Part shown: piece by piece, positions 18,401 through 34,400 of the stretch | How the letters are laid out: the number at the start of each line of letters is the position of its first letter | Numbering within the stretch: the first letter of the stretch is position 1 | NCBI RefSeq assembly: GCF_009914755.1 | Contig: NC_060945.1 | Direction: 5' to 3' (one strand) | Length of the DNA stretch: 64,000 nucleotides | Origin: the human T2T-CHM13v2.0 reference genome, Homo sapiens | The notes under the pieces: generated by a model | Told to the model about the DNA's origin: nothing | Database searches by the model: none | What the model saw: the letters and a program-made list of their open reading frames with translations, nothing else | Program-made: the position numbers and the translations under genes

Positions 18401-21400
18401 TGTTGTCTAGGCCCTGCTTACAAAGGGTATTGTGACATATCTCTGCACTGATCACCTAAGTGATGTAACACTTGTGTAGGCTCTCCCTACAGGGGCATTC
18501 TAACATATCTCTGCATTGTTAACCGAGGTGATGTAACCCTTGTCTAGGCTGTGCCCACAGGGGTATTGAGACATATCTCTGCACTGATCCCGAGGTGATC
18601 CAACTCTTTCCTGGTGTCTGCCTACTGGGGATATTGTGAAATGTCTCTGCACTGATCTCCCAGGTGCTGTAACCTTAGTCTAGGCTCCAGCTACACGGCA
18701 TTGTGACATATCACTGCACTGATCACCCACGTGATATAACTCTTGTCTAGGCTCTGCCTACAGGGGCTTGTGAAATATCTCTGCACTGATCACCCAGGTG
18801 ATATAACTCTTCTCTAGGATCTGCCTACAGGGTGCTTTGTGACATATCGCTGCAATGATCACCCAGGTGATATACCACTTGTCAAGGCTCTGCCTACAGG
18901 GGCGTTGCGATGTATCTCTGCACTGATAACCTAGGACATGTAACGCTTGTCTAGGCTCTGCCTACAGTGCCATTGGGACTTATCTCAGCAATGATCATCC
19001 AAGTGATGTATCTCTTGTCTAGGATCTGCCTAAAGGGACTTTGTGACATAACTCTGCACTGATCATCCAGGTGATGGGGCTTTTGTCTAGGCTCTGCCTA
19101 AGGGGGCATTGTGACATATTTCTGCATTGATCACCCAGGTGACAGACAATTGTCTTTGATTTGCCTATGGGGGCATTGTTACATATCTCTGCACTGATCA
19201 CCCAGGTGATGTAACAGTTGTATAAGCTCTGCCTACAGGGGAATTGTGAGAGATCTCGCCACTGATCACCCAAGTGATGTAACTATTGTCTAGGCTTTGC
19301 CTACATGGGGCTTTGTGACATACCTTTGCACTGATCACCCAGGTGACGTAACTCATCTAAGTTCTGCCTACAGGAGCTTTGTGACATATTTCTGCACTGA
19401 TCACTTAGGTGATGTAACACTTTAATAAGCATTGCCTACAGGGAATTTTGACAAATCTCCACACTGATCACCTAGGTGATGTAACTCTTGTCTACCCTCC
19501 GCCCAAAGGGGGCATTGTGAAATATCTCTGCACTGATCACCCAGGTGATTCAACTCTTGTCTAGGATCTGCCTACATGGGTTATTGTGAAATATCTCTGC
19601 AAGGATGAACTAGGTGATGTTACTCTTGTCTAGGCTCTGCCTACAGGGGCGTTTTCACATATCCCTGAACTGATGACAAAGGTGATGTAACTCTTGCCTG
19701 GGCTTTGCCTACAGGGGACATTGTGACATATCTCTGCACTAATCACCCAGGTGATGCAACTCTTCTCTATGCTCTGTCTACAGGGGACATTGTGACATAT
19801 CTCTTAACTGATCACCCAGGTGATGCAACTCTTCTCTAAGCTCTGCCTACAGGGTGCACTGTGACGTGTCTCTGCACTGATCACCCAGATGATGTAACTC
19901 TTTTCTAGACTCTGCCTACGGAAGGCGTTGTAACATCACTCTGCACGGATCACCCGGGTTATGTAACTCTTGTCTAGGCTCTGCCTTTGGGGGCATTGTG
20001 ACTTATCTCTGCACTGATAACGCAGGAGATGTGACACTTGTCTAAGCTCTGCTGAGAGGCACATTGGGACATGTCCCTGCAGTGATTGCTGAGGTGATCT
20101 AAAAGTTGTCTAGGCTTTACCTACAGTGGGATTTATGACATATCTCTGCACTGATCACCCAGGTGATGTAACTCTTTTCTAGGCTCTGCTAACAGGGGCC
20201 TTTTCACATATCACTGCACTGATCACCGAGATGATGTAACTCTTGTATAGGTTTCGCCGACTGGGGGCATTGAGACATATCTCTGTGCTGATCACCGAGG
20301 TGATGTAACTCTTGTCTGGGATCTGCTTACAGGGGTCATTGTGACATATCTCTTCCCTGATCACCCAGGTGATGTAACGCTTGTCTAGGCTCTGCCTCCT
20401 GGAAATATTGTGACATATCTCCGCAGTGATCACTCAGGTGATGTCACTTTTGTGAAGGATATGGCTACAGGGACATTGTGACATGTCTCTGCACTGATCA
20501 CACAGCTGATGTAATTCTTGTCTAGGCTCTGGCTACAGGGGGCTTATGACACATCCCTAAACTGATCACCCAGGTAATGTAACCATAGTCTAGGCTCTGC
20601 CAAAAGGGGGCATTGTGACATAACTCTGCACTGATCACCCAGGTGATGGGACTCTTGTCTAGGCTCTGCCTACAGGGGCATTGTGACATATCTCTGCACT
20701 GATCAAGCGGGTGATGTAACTCTTGTCTATATCTGCCTACTGGCGGCATTGTGGCATATTTGTGCACTGATCACCCAGATGATGGACTCTTGTCTTGGAT
20801 CTGCCTATGGGGGCATCATGACATATCTCTGCACTGATCACTCATGTGATGTAATGCTTGTCTAAGCTGCGCCTAAAGGGGAAATGGAACAGATATCTCC
20901 ACTGACCACCCAGGTGAGGTAACAATTTTCTGGGATTGTCTACAGGGGGCTTTGTGACATATATTTGCACTGATCACCCAGGAGATGTGACTCTTGTCTA
21001 GGCTCGGCCTACAGGGGCTTTGTGACATATTTCTGCACTGATCACCTAGGTGATGTAACTCTTGTCTAGGCTCCAACTACAGGAGGTATTGTGACGTATC
21101 TCTGCACTGATCACACAGGTGATGTAACTCTTGTCTAGGCTCCACTTACAGGGTGTATTGAGACGTATCGCTACACTGATCACCCAGGTGATGTAACATT
21201 TATCTAGGCTCTGCCTACTGGGGCGTTTTGACATAGCTCTGCACAGATCACATAGGTTATGTAACTCTTGTCCACTCTCTGCCTACAGGGGGCATTGTGA
21301 AATATCTCTGCACTGATCACCCAGGTGATGGGACTCTTCTCTATACTCTGCCTAGAGGTGGATTTGTGACATATCTCTGCACTGATCACCCAGGTGATGG

Positions 21401-22586
21401 AAGTCTTGCCTAGGCTCTGTCTATGGGGGCATTGTATCAAATATCTGCACTGATCCCCCAGGTGTTGTAACTCTTGTCTAGGCTCTGTCTACAGGGATTT
21501 TTGTGACATATCACTGCACTCATCACCTAGGTGATGTAAGGCTTGTATGGGCTTTGCCTACAGAAGGCTTTGTGACATATCTATGCACTGACCTCTGAGG
21601 TGATGCAACTCTTGTCTAGGCACTGCCTACAGGAGACATTGGTACATCTCTCTGCACTGATCACCCAGGTGATGGCCTCTTGTCTTATATCTGCTTACAT
21701 GGACATTGTGGCACATCTCTGAACAGATCGAGCAAGTGATGAAACTCTTGTCTAGGCTCTGCCTACGGGGGCTTTGAGTACACATCTCTGTACTGATCAC
21801 CCTGGGGAGGGAACTCTTGTCTACTCTCTGCCTACAAGAGGCTTTATGACTTATACCTACACTGGTAACCTATGTGATGTAACACTTGTCTAGGCTCTGT
21901 CTACACGGGAATTCTCACATGTCTCTGCACTGATCACCCGGGTGATGGAACTCCTGTCTAGGTTCAGCCTACAGGAGGGTTTTGACATATCTCTGCACTG
22001 ATCATCCAGGTGATGTAACCCTTTTCTAAGCTCTGCCTCCAGGGGCATTGTGACAGATCTCTCCACTGCTCAACCAGGTGATGTAACAATTGTCTGGACT
22101 TTGCTTACAGGGGGCTTTGTGATATAAAATTCTAGTGATCAAACAGGTGATGTAACCCTTGTCAAGGTTCTGCTTACAGGGGCTTTGTGACATACCTCTG
22201 CACTGATCACCCCAGGGAGGAAACATTTGTCTACACTCTGACTACAGGGGGCTTTAGGACTTATCCCTGCACTGATCACTAGGTGATGGAACACTTGTCT
22301 AGGCTCTGTCTACATGGGAATTTTCACATATATCTACACTGATCACCTAAGTGATGTAACCCTTGTCTAGGTTCAGCCTATTGGGGATTTCTGACATACC
22401 TATGCACTGATCACCGAGGTGATGTAAATCATTTCCAGGCTTTTTGTACAGGGGACATTGTGATATATCTCTGCACTGATCACCCAAATGATGCAAATAT
22501 TCTCTAGGCTCCGCAGGGAGGGGGCATTGTGATATATTTCTGAACTGATCATCCAGGAGATGTAACTATTCTCCAGGCTTTGAGTG
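12481..22586 (-). repeat. Beta satellite array (two cycles of ordered monomer types)
   Basis: Continuous 68-bp monomers; diagnostic monomer variants recur in fixed order. Confidence 0.97.
16021..17116. repeat. 548-bp (8-monomer) tandem duplication within beta satellite
   Basis: Rare variants recur at a 548-bp offset: acggatc 16121/16669 and aactctagtctacgc 16551/17099. Confidence 0.85.
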
Positions 22587-22922
22587 AAGAGCGTTGGAAG
22601 GTGTTGGGAGAGCCTCAGCCGGAATTTCACGGATGGACAGGGGCACAGAGGGGCCAGCAGGCTCCCTTGCACATTAGCCGGGGTGCTCAATGAGCGCAGG
22701 TCTAGCCAGGAGGCCAGCAAATAGAGCTATAGGTCTGCGTTCTGATGCCAGGTGCTCCATGGTTGCAGCTGGGGGGCTACAGGGGCACGGGCCGGCCGGC
22801 GACGGTGGCGCTGAGGCGCAGAGGAGGCGAGCCGCTAGAGAGGTGTCAGGCCTGCACGGTGTGCGGGCCCATTGTTTTGCGGGACGGGGGTCTACACCCA
22901 GCCCAGGTGGGGATGTATTTTC
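22587..22922 (-). repeat. Orphan 3' end (pLAM-like exon 3 plus part of intron 2) of a DUX cassette, cut by the inversion breakpoint
   Basis: Matches 2321-2655; homology stops at ...ggatgtattttc and switches strand. Confidence 0.88.
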
Positions 22923-23324
22923 TCAAGTGGGGCCACCGGGCCAAGGTGTGCTTGCGCCACCCACGTCCCAGGGTAGTCATTGTTGGGGCCGCGGCCGGGG
23001 TCCCCAGGTTGCCAGGGCGGCATGGGAACCCCAAGCCGGGGCAGCTCCACCTCGCCAGCCTGCGACCCCGGAGGTCTCCGTGCGGCAGGGGCAGATGTAA
23101 GGCATGCCGGTGCCCTCCAAGGCGCTCCAGGAGCCGGAGCACTCATCTGCACTCCCCTCCGGCCTGCTGCTGGATGAGCTCCTTGCGGGCCCAGAGATTT
23201 TGCAGCAGGTGCAACTCTCCTAGAATCGGAGGCCCCGGGTGAGCTGGAGGCCTTCTAAGGGGTCGCCTCGCTGGAAGCACCCCTCAGCGAGGAAGAATAC
23301 CGGGCTCTGCTGGAGGAGCTTTAG
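22923..23324 (+). pseudogene. DUX4L: DUX4-like C-terminal fragment (cassette 3), no homeoboxes
   Basis: Reads [17 protein letters not shown]...QGQM*, LLLDELL and [12 protein letters not shown] (TAG 23322-23324) with internal stops. Confidence 0.88.
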
Positions 23325-23942
23325 GACGCGGGGATGGGAAGGGGTCGGGTCGGGGCAGGGCATTGGCCTCTCTTTCACGGGGAACACCTGGCTGGCTACG
23401 GAGGAGCGTGTCTTCCACCCGCCCCATCCCCCGGGCTGACCGGCCTGGGATTCCTGACTTCTTGGTCTAGGCCCGGTGAGAGACTCCACAGAGCGTAGAA
23501 CTGCCATTCTTTCCTGGGCATCCCAGGGATCCCCGAGCGGGCCCAGGTACCAACAGGTGGGCCGCCTACTACACACGCGCGGGTTTGCAGGCAGCCGCCT
23601 GGGCTGTGGGAGCAGCCCGGGCTGAGCTCTCATGCCTTTCCACCACCCCACCCCCGCCTGACCACACCTTCCCCACCCCCACCCCCCACCCCCGGGAAAT
23701 GCGTCCTCCCCTGGGCTGGGTGGAGACCCCCGTACCGCGAAACACCGGGCCTGCGCAGCGTCCAGGCCTGACAACCCTCCGGCGGCTCTCCTCCTCTGTG
23801 CCTCTGGGCCACCGTCGCCGGCCAGCCTGTGCCCCTGCAGCCTCTCAGCTGCCACCATGGAGCGCCTGGCGGTGGAACGGAGACATATAGCTCTCTTTGC
23901 CGGCCTCCTGGCTAGACCTGCGCTCATTGTGCACCCTGGCTG
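23325..23942 (+). repeat. D4Z4-like 3' region (intron 1, exon 2, KpnI, intron 2, start of exon 3) of cassette 3, truncated
   Basis: Reverse complement of 2410-3025; KpnI site at 23546-23551; ends at gcaccctggctg before a short filler. Confidence 0.87.
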
Positions 23943-23951
23943 TCGTGGTGT

Positions 23952-26900
23952 TGTTGCATCACCAGGGTGATCCGTGGAGATATCTGTCACAATTCCCCTT
24001 CAGGCACAGCTATGACAAGCGTTACATCACATGAGTGATCAGTGCAGAGATATGTCACTATGACCCCATAGGCAGATACAAGACAAGAGTCCATCACCTG
24101 GGTGATCAGTGCAGAAATATGCCACAGTGACACCAGTAGGCAGATATAGACAAGACTTACATCACCTGGGTTATCACTGCAGAGATATGTCACAATGCCC
24201 CTGTAGGCAGAGCCTAGAGACAAGTCCCATCACCTGGGTGATCAGTGCAGAGTTATGTCACAATGCCTCCTTTTGGCAGAGCCTAGACAAGGGTTGCATC
24301 ACCTGGGTGATTAGTGCAGAGATGTGTCACAAGCCCCCTGTAGCCAGAGCCTAGACAAGAGTTACATCAGCTGTGTGATCAGTGCAGTGACATGTCACAA
24401 TGTCCCTGTAGCCATTTCCTAGACAAAAGTGACATCACCTGGGTGATCAGTGCGGAGATACGTCACAATGTCTCCAGTAGGCAGAGCCTAGACAAGCGTT
24501 ACATCACCTGGGTGATCAGGGCAGAGATATGTCACAATGCCCCTGTAAGCATATCCCAGACAAGAGTTGCATCACCTCGGTGATCAGTGCAGAGATATGT
24601 CTCAATGCCCCCTGTCGGCGAAGCCTATACTAGAGTTACATCATCTCGGTGATCAGTGCAGTGATTTGTCAAAATGCTCCTGTAGGCAGAGCCTAGACAA
24701 GAGTTAAATCACCTGGGTAAGCAGTGCATAGATATGTCATAAATCCCACTGTAGGCAGAGCCTAGACAAGTTTTACATCACCTCAGTGATCAGTGCAGAG
24801 ATATGTCCTAATGTTCCTCTAGGCAGAGCTTAGACAAGAGTCACATCTCTTGGGTGATCAGTGCAGAAATAAGTCACAATACCCCCATAGGCAGAGCCTA
24901 GACAACAGTTACATAACCCGAGTGATCCCTGCAGTGTGATGTCAAAACGACCTCTGTAGGCAGAGACTAGAAAAGGGTTACATCACCTGGGTGATCAGTG
25001 AAGAGATATGTCAAAATGCCCCCTGTAGGCAGAGCATAGAGAAGAGTTGCATCACCTGTGTGATCAGTGCAGAGATATGTCACAACGTCCCCTGTAGGCA
25101 AAGCCTAGGCAACAGTTACATCACCTTTGTCATCAGTTCAGGGATATTTTGAAACGCCCCTGTAGGCAGATTCTAGACAAGAGTTACTTCACCTAGTGGA
25201 TCAGTGCAGAGATATTTCACAATACCCCCTGTGGGCAGATCCTAGACAAGAGCTGAATCAACTGGGTGATCAGTGCAGAGATATTTCACAATGCCCCCTT
25301 TGGGCAGAGGGTAGACAAGAGTAACATCCCCTAGGGATCAGTGCAGAGATTTGTCAAAATTCCCTGTAGGCAGTGCTTATAAAAGTGTTACATCACCTAA
25401 GTGATCAGTGCAAATATATGTCACAAAGCTCCTGTTGGCAGAACTTAGATGAGTTACATCAACTGGGTGATCAGTGCAAAGGTATGTCACAACGCCCCGT
25501 CTAGGTAAAGCCTAGACAATAGTTACATCACTTGAGTGATCAGTGGTGAGATCTCTCACTATTCCCCTGTTAGTAGAGCTTACACAACAGTTACATCACC
25601 TGGGTGATCAGTGCAGAGATATCTCACAATGCCCCCATAGGCAGATCCAAGACAAGAGTCCGTCACCTGGGTGATCAGTGCAGAAATATATCACAATGCC
25701 CTCTTAGGCAGAGCCTAGACAAAAGCCCCATCACTTGGATGATCAGTGTAGAGTTATGTCACAAAGTCCCTTTAGGCAGATCCTAGACAAGAGTTACATC
25801 ACTTGGATGATCAGTGCAGAGATATGTCACTGTGCCACTGTAGGCAGAGCCTAGACAAGAGTTACGTGACCTAGGTGATCAGTGCAGAGATACATCACAA
25901 TGTCCCTGTAGGCAGAGCCTTGACAAGTGGTACATCACCTGGGTGATCATTGCAGGGATATGTCACAAAACACCCTGTAGGTAGATTGTAGATAAGAGTT
26001 ACATCACCTGGGTGATCAGTGCAGTGACATGTCACAATGCCACTGTAGGCAGAGCCTAGACAAGAGTTATATCACCTCGATGATAAATACAGTCATATGT
26101 CACAATGCCGTGTAGCCAGAGCCTAGACTAAAGTTGCAGCACCTGAGAAATCAGTGCAGAGATATGTCACAATCTCCCCAGTAGGCAGAGACCAGGCAAG
26201 ATTTGGATCACCAAGGAATCAGTGCAGAGATGTGTCTCAATCCCCCTCTGGGCAAAACTTAGACAAGAGTTACATCACCTCAGTTAACAGTGCAGAGATA
26301 TGTCAAAATGCCCCTGTAGGCAGAGCCTACAGAAGTGTTACATCACTTAGGTGATCAGTGCAGAAATATGTCACAATACCCCCTATAAACAGAGCCTAGA
26401 CAAGAGTTACATCACCTGGGTGATCAGTGCAGAGGTATGTGACAAGGCCCCTTTAAGCAGAGCCTGGAAAACAGTTACATCACCTGAGTGATCAGTGCAG
26501 AGATCTGTCACCATGCCCCTTTAGGCAGAGCTTAGACCAGAGTTACATCACCTGGGTGATCAGGGCAGAGATATCTCAAAATGCCCCTATAGGCAAATAC
26601 AATAAACAATAATGTCACCTGGGTGATCGGTGCAAACATATGTGACAATGCCCCCAGTAGGCAGAGCCTAGAGAAGAGTCCCATCACCTGGGTGATCAGT
26701 GCAGAGATATTTCACAATGCCCCTGCAGGCAGAGCATAAGCAAGAGTTACATCACCTAGATGATCAGTGCAGAGATATGTCACAAAGCCCCCTATACGCA
26801 GAGCATGGAGAAGAGTTACATCACCTTGGTGATCTCTGCAGTGATATGTCCCTATGCCCTGTAGGTAAAGCCTAGTCAAGCATTACATCACCTGGGTAAT

Positions 26901-27324
26901 CAGTGCAGAGATATGTCACAAAGCCCCCATACACAGAGCCTAGACAAGAGTCCCATCACCTGGATGATCAGTGTAGAAATATGTCACAATGCCCCCATAG
27001 GCAGATCCAACACGAGAGTTACATCACCTGGGTGATCAGTGTAGAGATATGTCACAATGCCCCCATAGGCAGAGCCTAGACAAAAGTCCCATCACCTGGG
27101 TGATCAGTGTAGAGATATGTCACAATGCCCCCATAGGCAGAGCCTAGACAAAAGTCCCATCACCTGGGTGATCAGTGTAGAGATATGTCACAATGCCCCC
27201 ATAGGCAGAGCCTAGACAAAAGTCCCATCACCTGGGTGATCAGTGCAGAGATATGTCACAAAGCCCCTGTAGGCAGAGCCTAGACAAGAGTTACATCACT
27301 TTGTTGATCAGTTCAGAGATGTAT
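23952..27324 (+). repeat. Beta satellite array, inverted relative to the rest of the window
   Basis: Monomers read GATCAGTGCAGAGATATGTCACAA... on the + strand. Confidence 0.97.
27022..27245 (+). repeat. Perfect triplication of one 68-bp monomer
   Basis: CATCACCTGGGTGATCAGTGTAGAGATATGTCACAATGCCCCCATAGGCAGAGCCTAGACAAAAGTCC identical at 27022, 27090 and 27158. Confidence 0.92.
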
Positions 27325-30833
<3,509 letters not shown>

Positions 30834-31457
30834 TCATGAATGGCGGTGAGCCCTGGGACAGCCCGCCCACCCCAGAATGGTCCCAGAGCTTCGAGGCCTG
30901 CTGCCGGGGGGTGGTGGTTTAGGTTGGGAGGGTGTGGTGATGGTGGTGGTGGGGACGGAGAGACAAAGAGGAAGGGGGCGAGGGGGAAGGGGTGAGGGGG
31001 GCGCGTTTCGCGGGCTGGCTCTCCAGACATCTCCAGGAACCCCTCGGGAACTGGAAGCCGCTCTCTAGGCTCCCAAGCATCTTCAGCAGGGAGAAACCGG
31101 CCTGGGATGGTGGAAGGGAGTGTGGAACTGAACCTCTGTGGGAGTCTTGAGTGTTCCAGGCCCTCCCTCTGCGAAGGAGGCAGTGCCTGTGGGTGTTGCC
31201 GTTGCTGGGACAGTCTCACACACGCAGGCGTGTGGCTCTCATTCATTTCCACGTAGGAGACCAGAGCGAGAGCCCAGAAAGAAGGTGCCTCCACGGCGTG
31301 ATGGCCTGACGATGGATTCCCATGTGCGGCAACATGGGGAGTCTGCAGTTTGGCCGATTTGGAAACGCAAAGAGAGCGAAGGCACCATGGCAGTCTTCCA
31401 CCTTTCCCTGAATGTTTCCGGGTGCCTGCAGTGCTCCGGGAGCAAACAGTCAGCAGG

Positions 31458-34400
31458 ACATATATCTCAAATGATCAACAAAGTGATGTAACTCTTGTCT
31501 AGGCTCTGCCTACAGGGGCTTTGTGACATATCTCTGCCCTTATCACCCACCTGATGGGACTTTGTGTAGGCTCTGCCTATGGGGACATTGTGACATATCT
31601 CTACACTGACCACCCAGGTGATGTAACTCTTGTGTTGGATCTACCTATCGGGGCATTGTGACATGTTTCTGCACTGATCACCCAGGTGATGTAATGCTTG
31701 ACTAGGCTCTGCCTACGGGGCATAGTGACATATCACTGCATTGATCACCGAGGTGATGTAACTCTTCTCCAGGCTCTGCCTATAGGGGGCCTTGTGACAT
31801 ATCTCTGCACTGATCATCTAGGTGATGTAACTCTTGCTTATGCTCTGCCTGCAGGGGCATTGTGAAATATCTCTGCACTGATCACCCAGGTGATGGGACT
31901 CTTCCCTAGGCTCTGCCTACTGTGGGCATTGTCACATATTTCTGCACTGATCACCCAGGTGACGGACTCTTGTCTTGGATATGCCTATTGGGACATTGTG
32001 ACAGATCTCTGCACTGATCACTCAGGTGATGTAACTATTGTCTAGGCTCTGCTGAATGGGGCCTTATCACATATCTCTGCACTGATCTCCCAGGTGATGT
32101 AACTCTTGTCTAGGCTCTGCTTACATGGGGTATTGTGACATAGCTCTGCACTGATCACCTAAGTGATATAACACCTGTGTAGGCTCTGCCTACAGGGGCA
32201 TTTTGATATATTTCTGCACTGTTAACCGAGGTGATGTAACTCTTGTCTAGGCTGTGCCCACAGGGGGATTGAGACATATCTCTGCACTGATCCCAAGGTG
32301 ATCCAACTCTTGCCTGGTCTCTGCCTACTGGGGACATTGTGACTTATCTCTGCACTAATCTCCCAGGTGCTGTAACTTTAGTCTAGGCTCTGGATACACA
32401 GCATCGTGACATATCACTGCACTGATCACCCAGGAGATATAACACTTATCTAGGCTCTGCCTACAGGGGGCTACTGACATATCTCTTCACTGATCACCCA
32501 GGTGATATAACTCTTCTCTAGGATCTGCCTACATGGTTCTTTGTGACATATTCCTGCAATGATCACCCAGGTGATATACCACTTTTCAAGGCTCTGCCTA
32601 CAGGGGCATTGTGACATAACTCTGCACTGATCACCCAGGTGATGGGACTTTGTCTAGGCTCTGCCAACAGTGGCATTGTGACATATCTCTGCACTGATCA
32701 CCCAGGTGATGCAACTGTTGTAGAAGTTCTGCCTACAGGGGAATTGTGAGAGATCTCACCACTGATCACCCAAGTGATGTATCTATTGTCTAGGCTTTGC
32801 CTACAGGAGGCTTTGTGACATACCTTCACACTGATCACCCAGGTGATGTAACGCATCTAAGTTCTGCCTACAGGAGCTTTGTGACTTATCTCTGCACTGA
32901 TCACTTAGGTGATGTAACATTTTTATAAGCACTGCCTACAGGGAATTTTGACAAATCTCTGCACTGATCACCTAGGTGATGTAACTCTTGTCTACCCTCT
33001 GCTCAAAGGGGGCATTGTGAAATATCTCTGCACTGATCACCCACTGATTCAACTCTTGTCCAGGATCTGCCTACAGGGGGCATTGTGAAATATCTCTGCA
33101 CTGATCAACTAGGTGATGTAACTGTTTTCTAGGCTCTGCCTACAGGGACATTCTGACATATCTCTGCACTGATCACCCAGGTGATGCAACTTTTCTCTAT
33201 TCTCTGCCTACAGGGGGCATTGTGACATATCTCTGCACTGAACCCCGGGGTTATGTAACTCTTGTCTAGGCTCTGCCTATGGGGGCATTGTGACTTATCT
33301 CTGCACTGATCACCCAGGAGTTGTGACTCTTGTCTAAGCTCTGCCTAGAGGGACATTGGGACATATCTCTGCACTGATGTCTGAGGTGATGTAAAACTTG
33401 TCTAGGCTTTGCCTACAGTGGGATTTATGACATATCACTGCACTGATCACCGAGATGATGTAACTCTTGTATAGGCTGCGCCGACAGGGAGCACTGAGAC
33501 ATATGCCTGCACTGATCACGAAGGTGATGCATCTCTTGTCTGGGATCTGCTTACAGGGGCACTGTGACATATCTCTGCCCTGATCACCCAGGTGATGTAA
33601 CTCTTGTTTAATCTCTGCCTACTGGAGACATTGTGACATATCTCCGCACTAATCACCCAGGTGATGTCACTTTTATCAAGGATATGGCTACAGGGACACT
33701 GTGACATGTCACTGCACTGATCACACAGCTGATGTAACTCTTGCCTAGGCTCTGGATACAGGGGGCTTGTGACACATGTCTGTACTGATCAACCAAGTGA
33801 TGAAACTCTTCTCTAGGCTCTGCCTACGGGGGCTTTGTGACACATCTCTGCACTGATCACTCTGGGGAAGAAACTCTTGTCTACACTCTGCTTAGAGGAG
33901 GCTTTATGACTTATAACTGCACTGATAACCTAGGTGATGTAACACTTGTCTAGGCTCTGCCTACACGGGAATTCACACATATCTCTGCACTGATAACCCA
34001 GGTGATGTAACTCTGGTCTAGGTTCTGCTTACAGGGGTTATTGTGACATATCTATGCACTGATCACCTAAGTGGTGTAACACTTGTGTAGGCTCTGCCTA
34101 CAGGGGCATTTTGACATATCCCTGCACTGTTAACCGAGGTGATGTAACTCTTGTCTAGGTTGTGCCCACAGGGGGATTGAGACATATCTCTGCACTGATC
34201 CCGAGGTGATCCAACTTTTGCCTGGTCTCTGCCTACTGGGGACATTGTGACATATCTCTGCACTGATCTCCCAGGTGAGGTATGTTTAGTCTAGACTCCG
34301 GCTACACGGCATTGTGACATATCACTGCACTGATCACCCAGGTCATATAACTCTTGTATAGGCTCTGAAGACAGGGGGCTTGTGACATATCTATCTCTGC

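Noticed and set aside
19421-26606. ATTAAA on - at 19421 and AATAAA on + at 26601 as functional poly(A) signals
   Set aside because: The nearest same-strand upstream DUX pieces are promoterless fragments of the broken cassette 3 region
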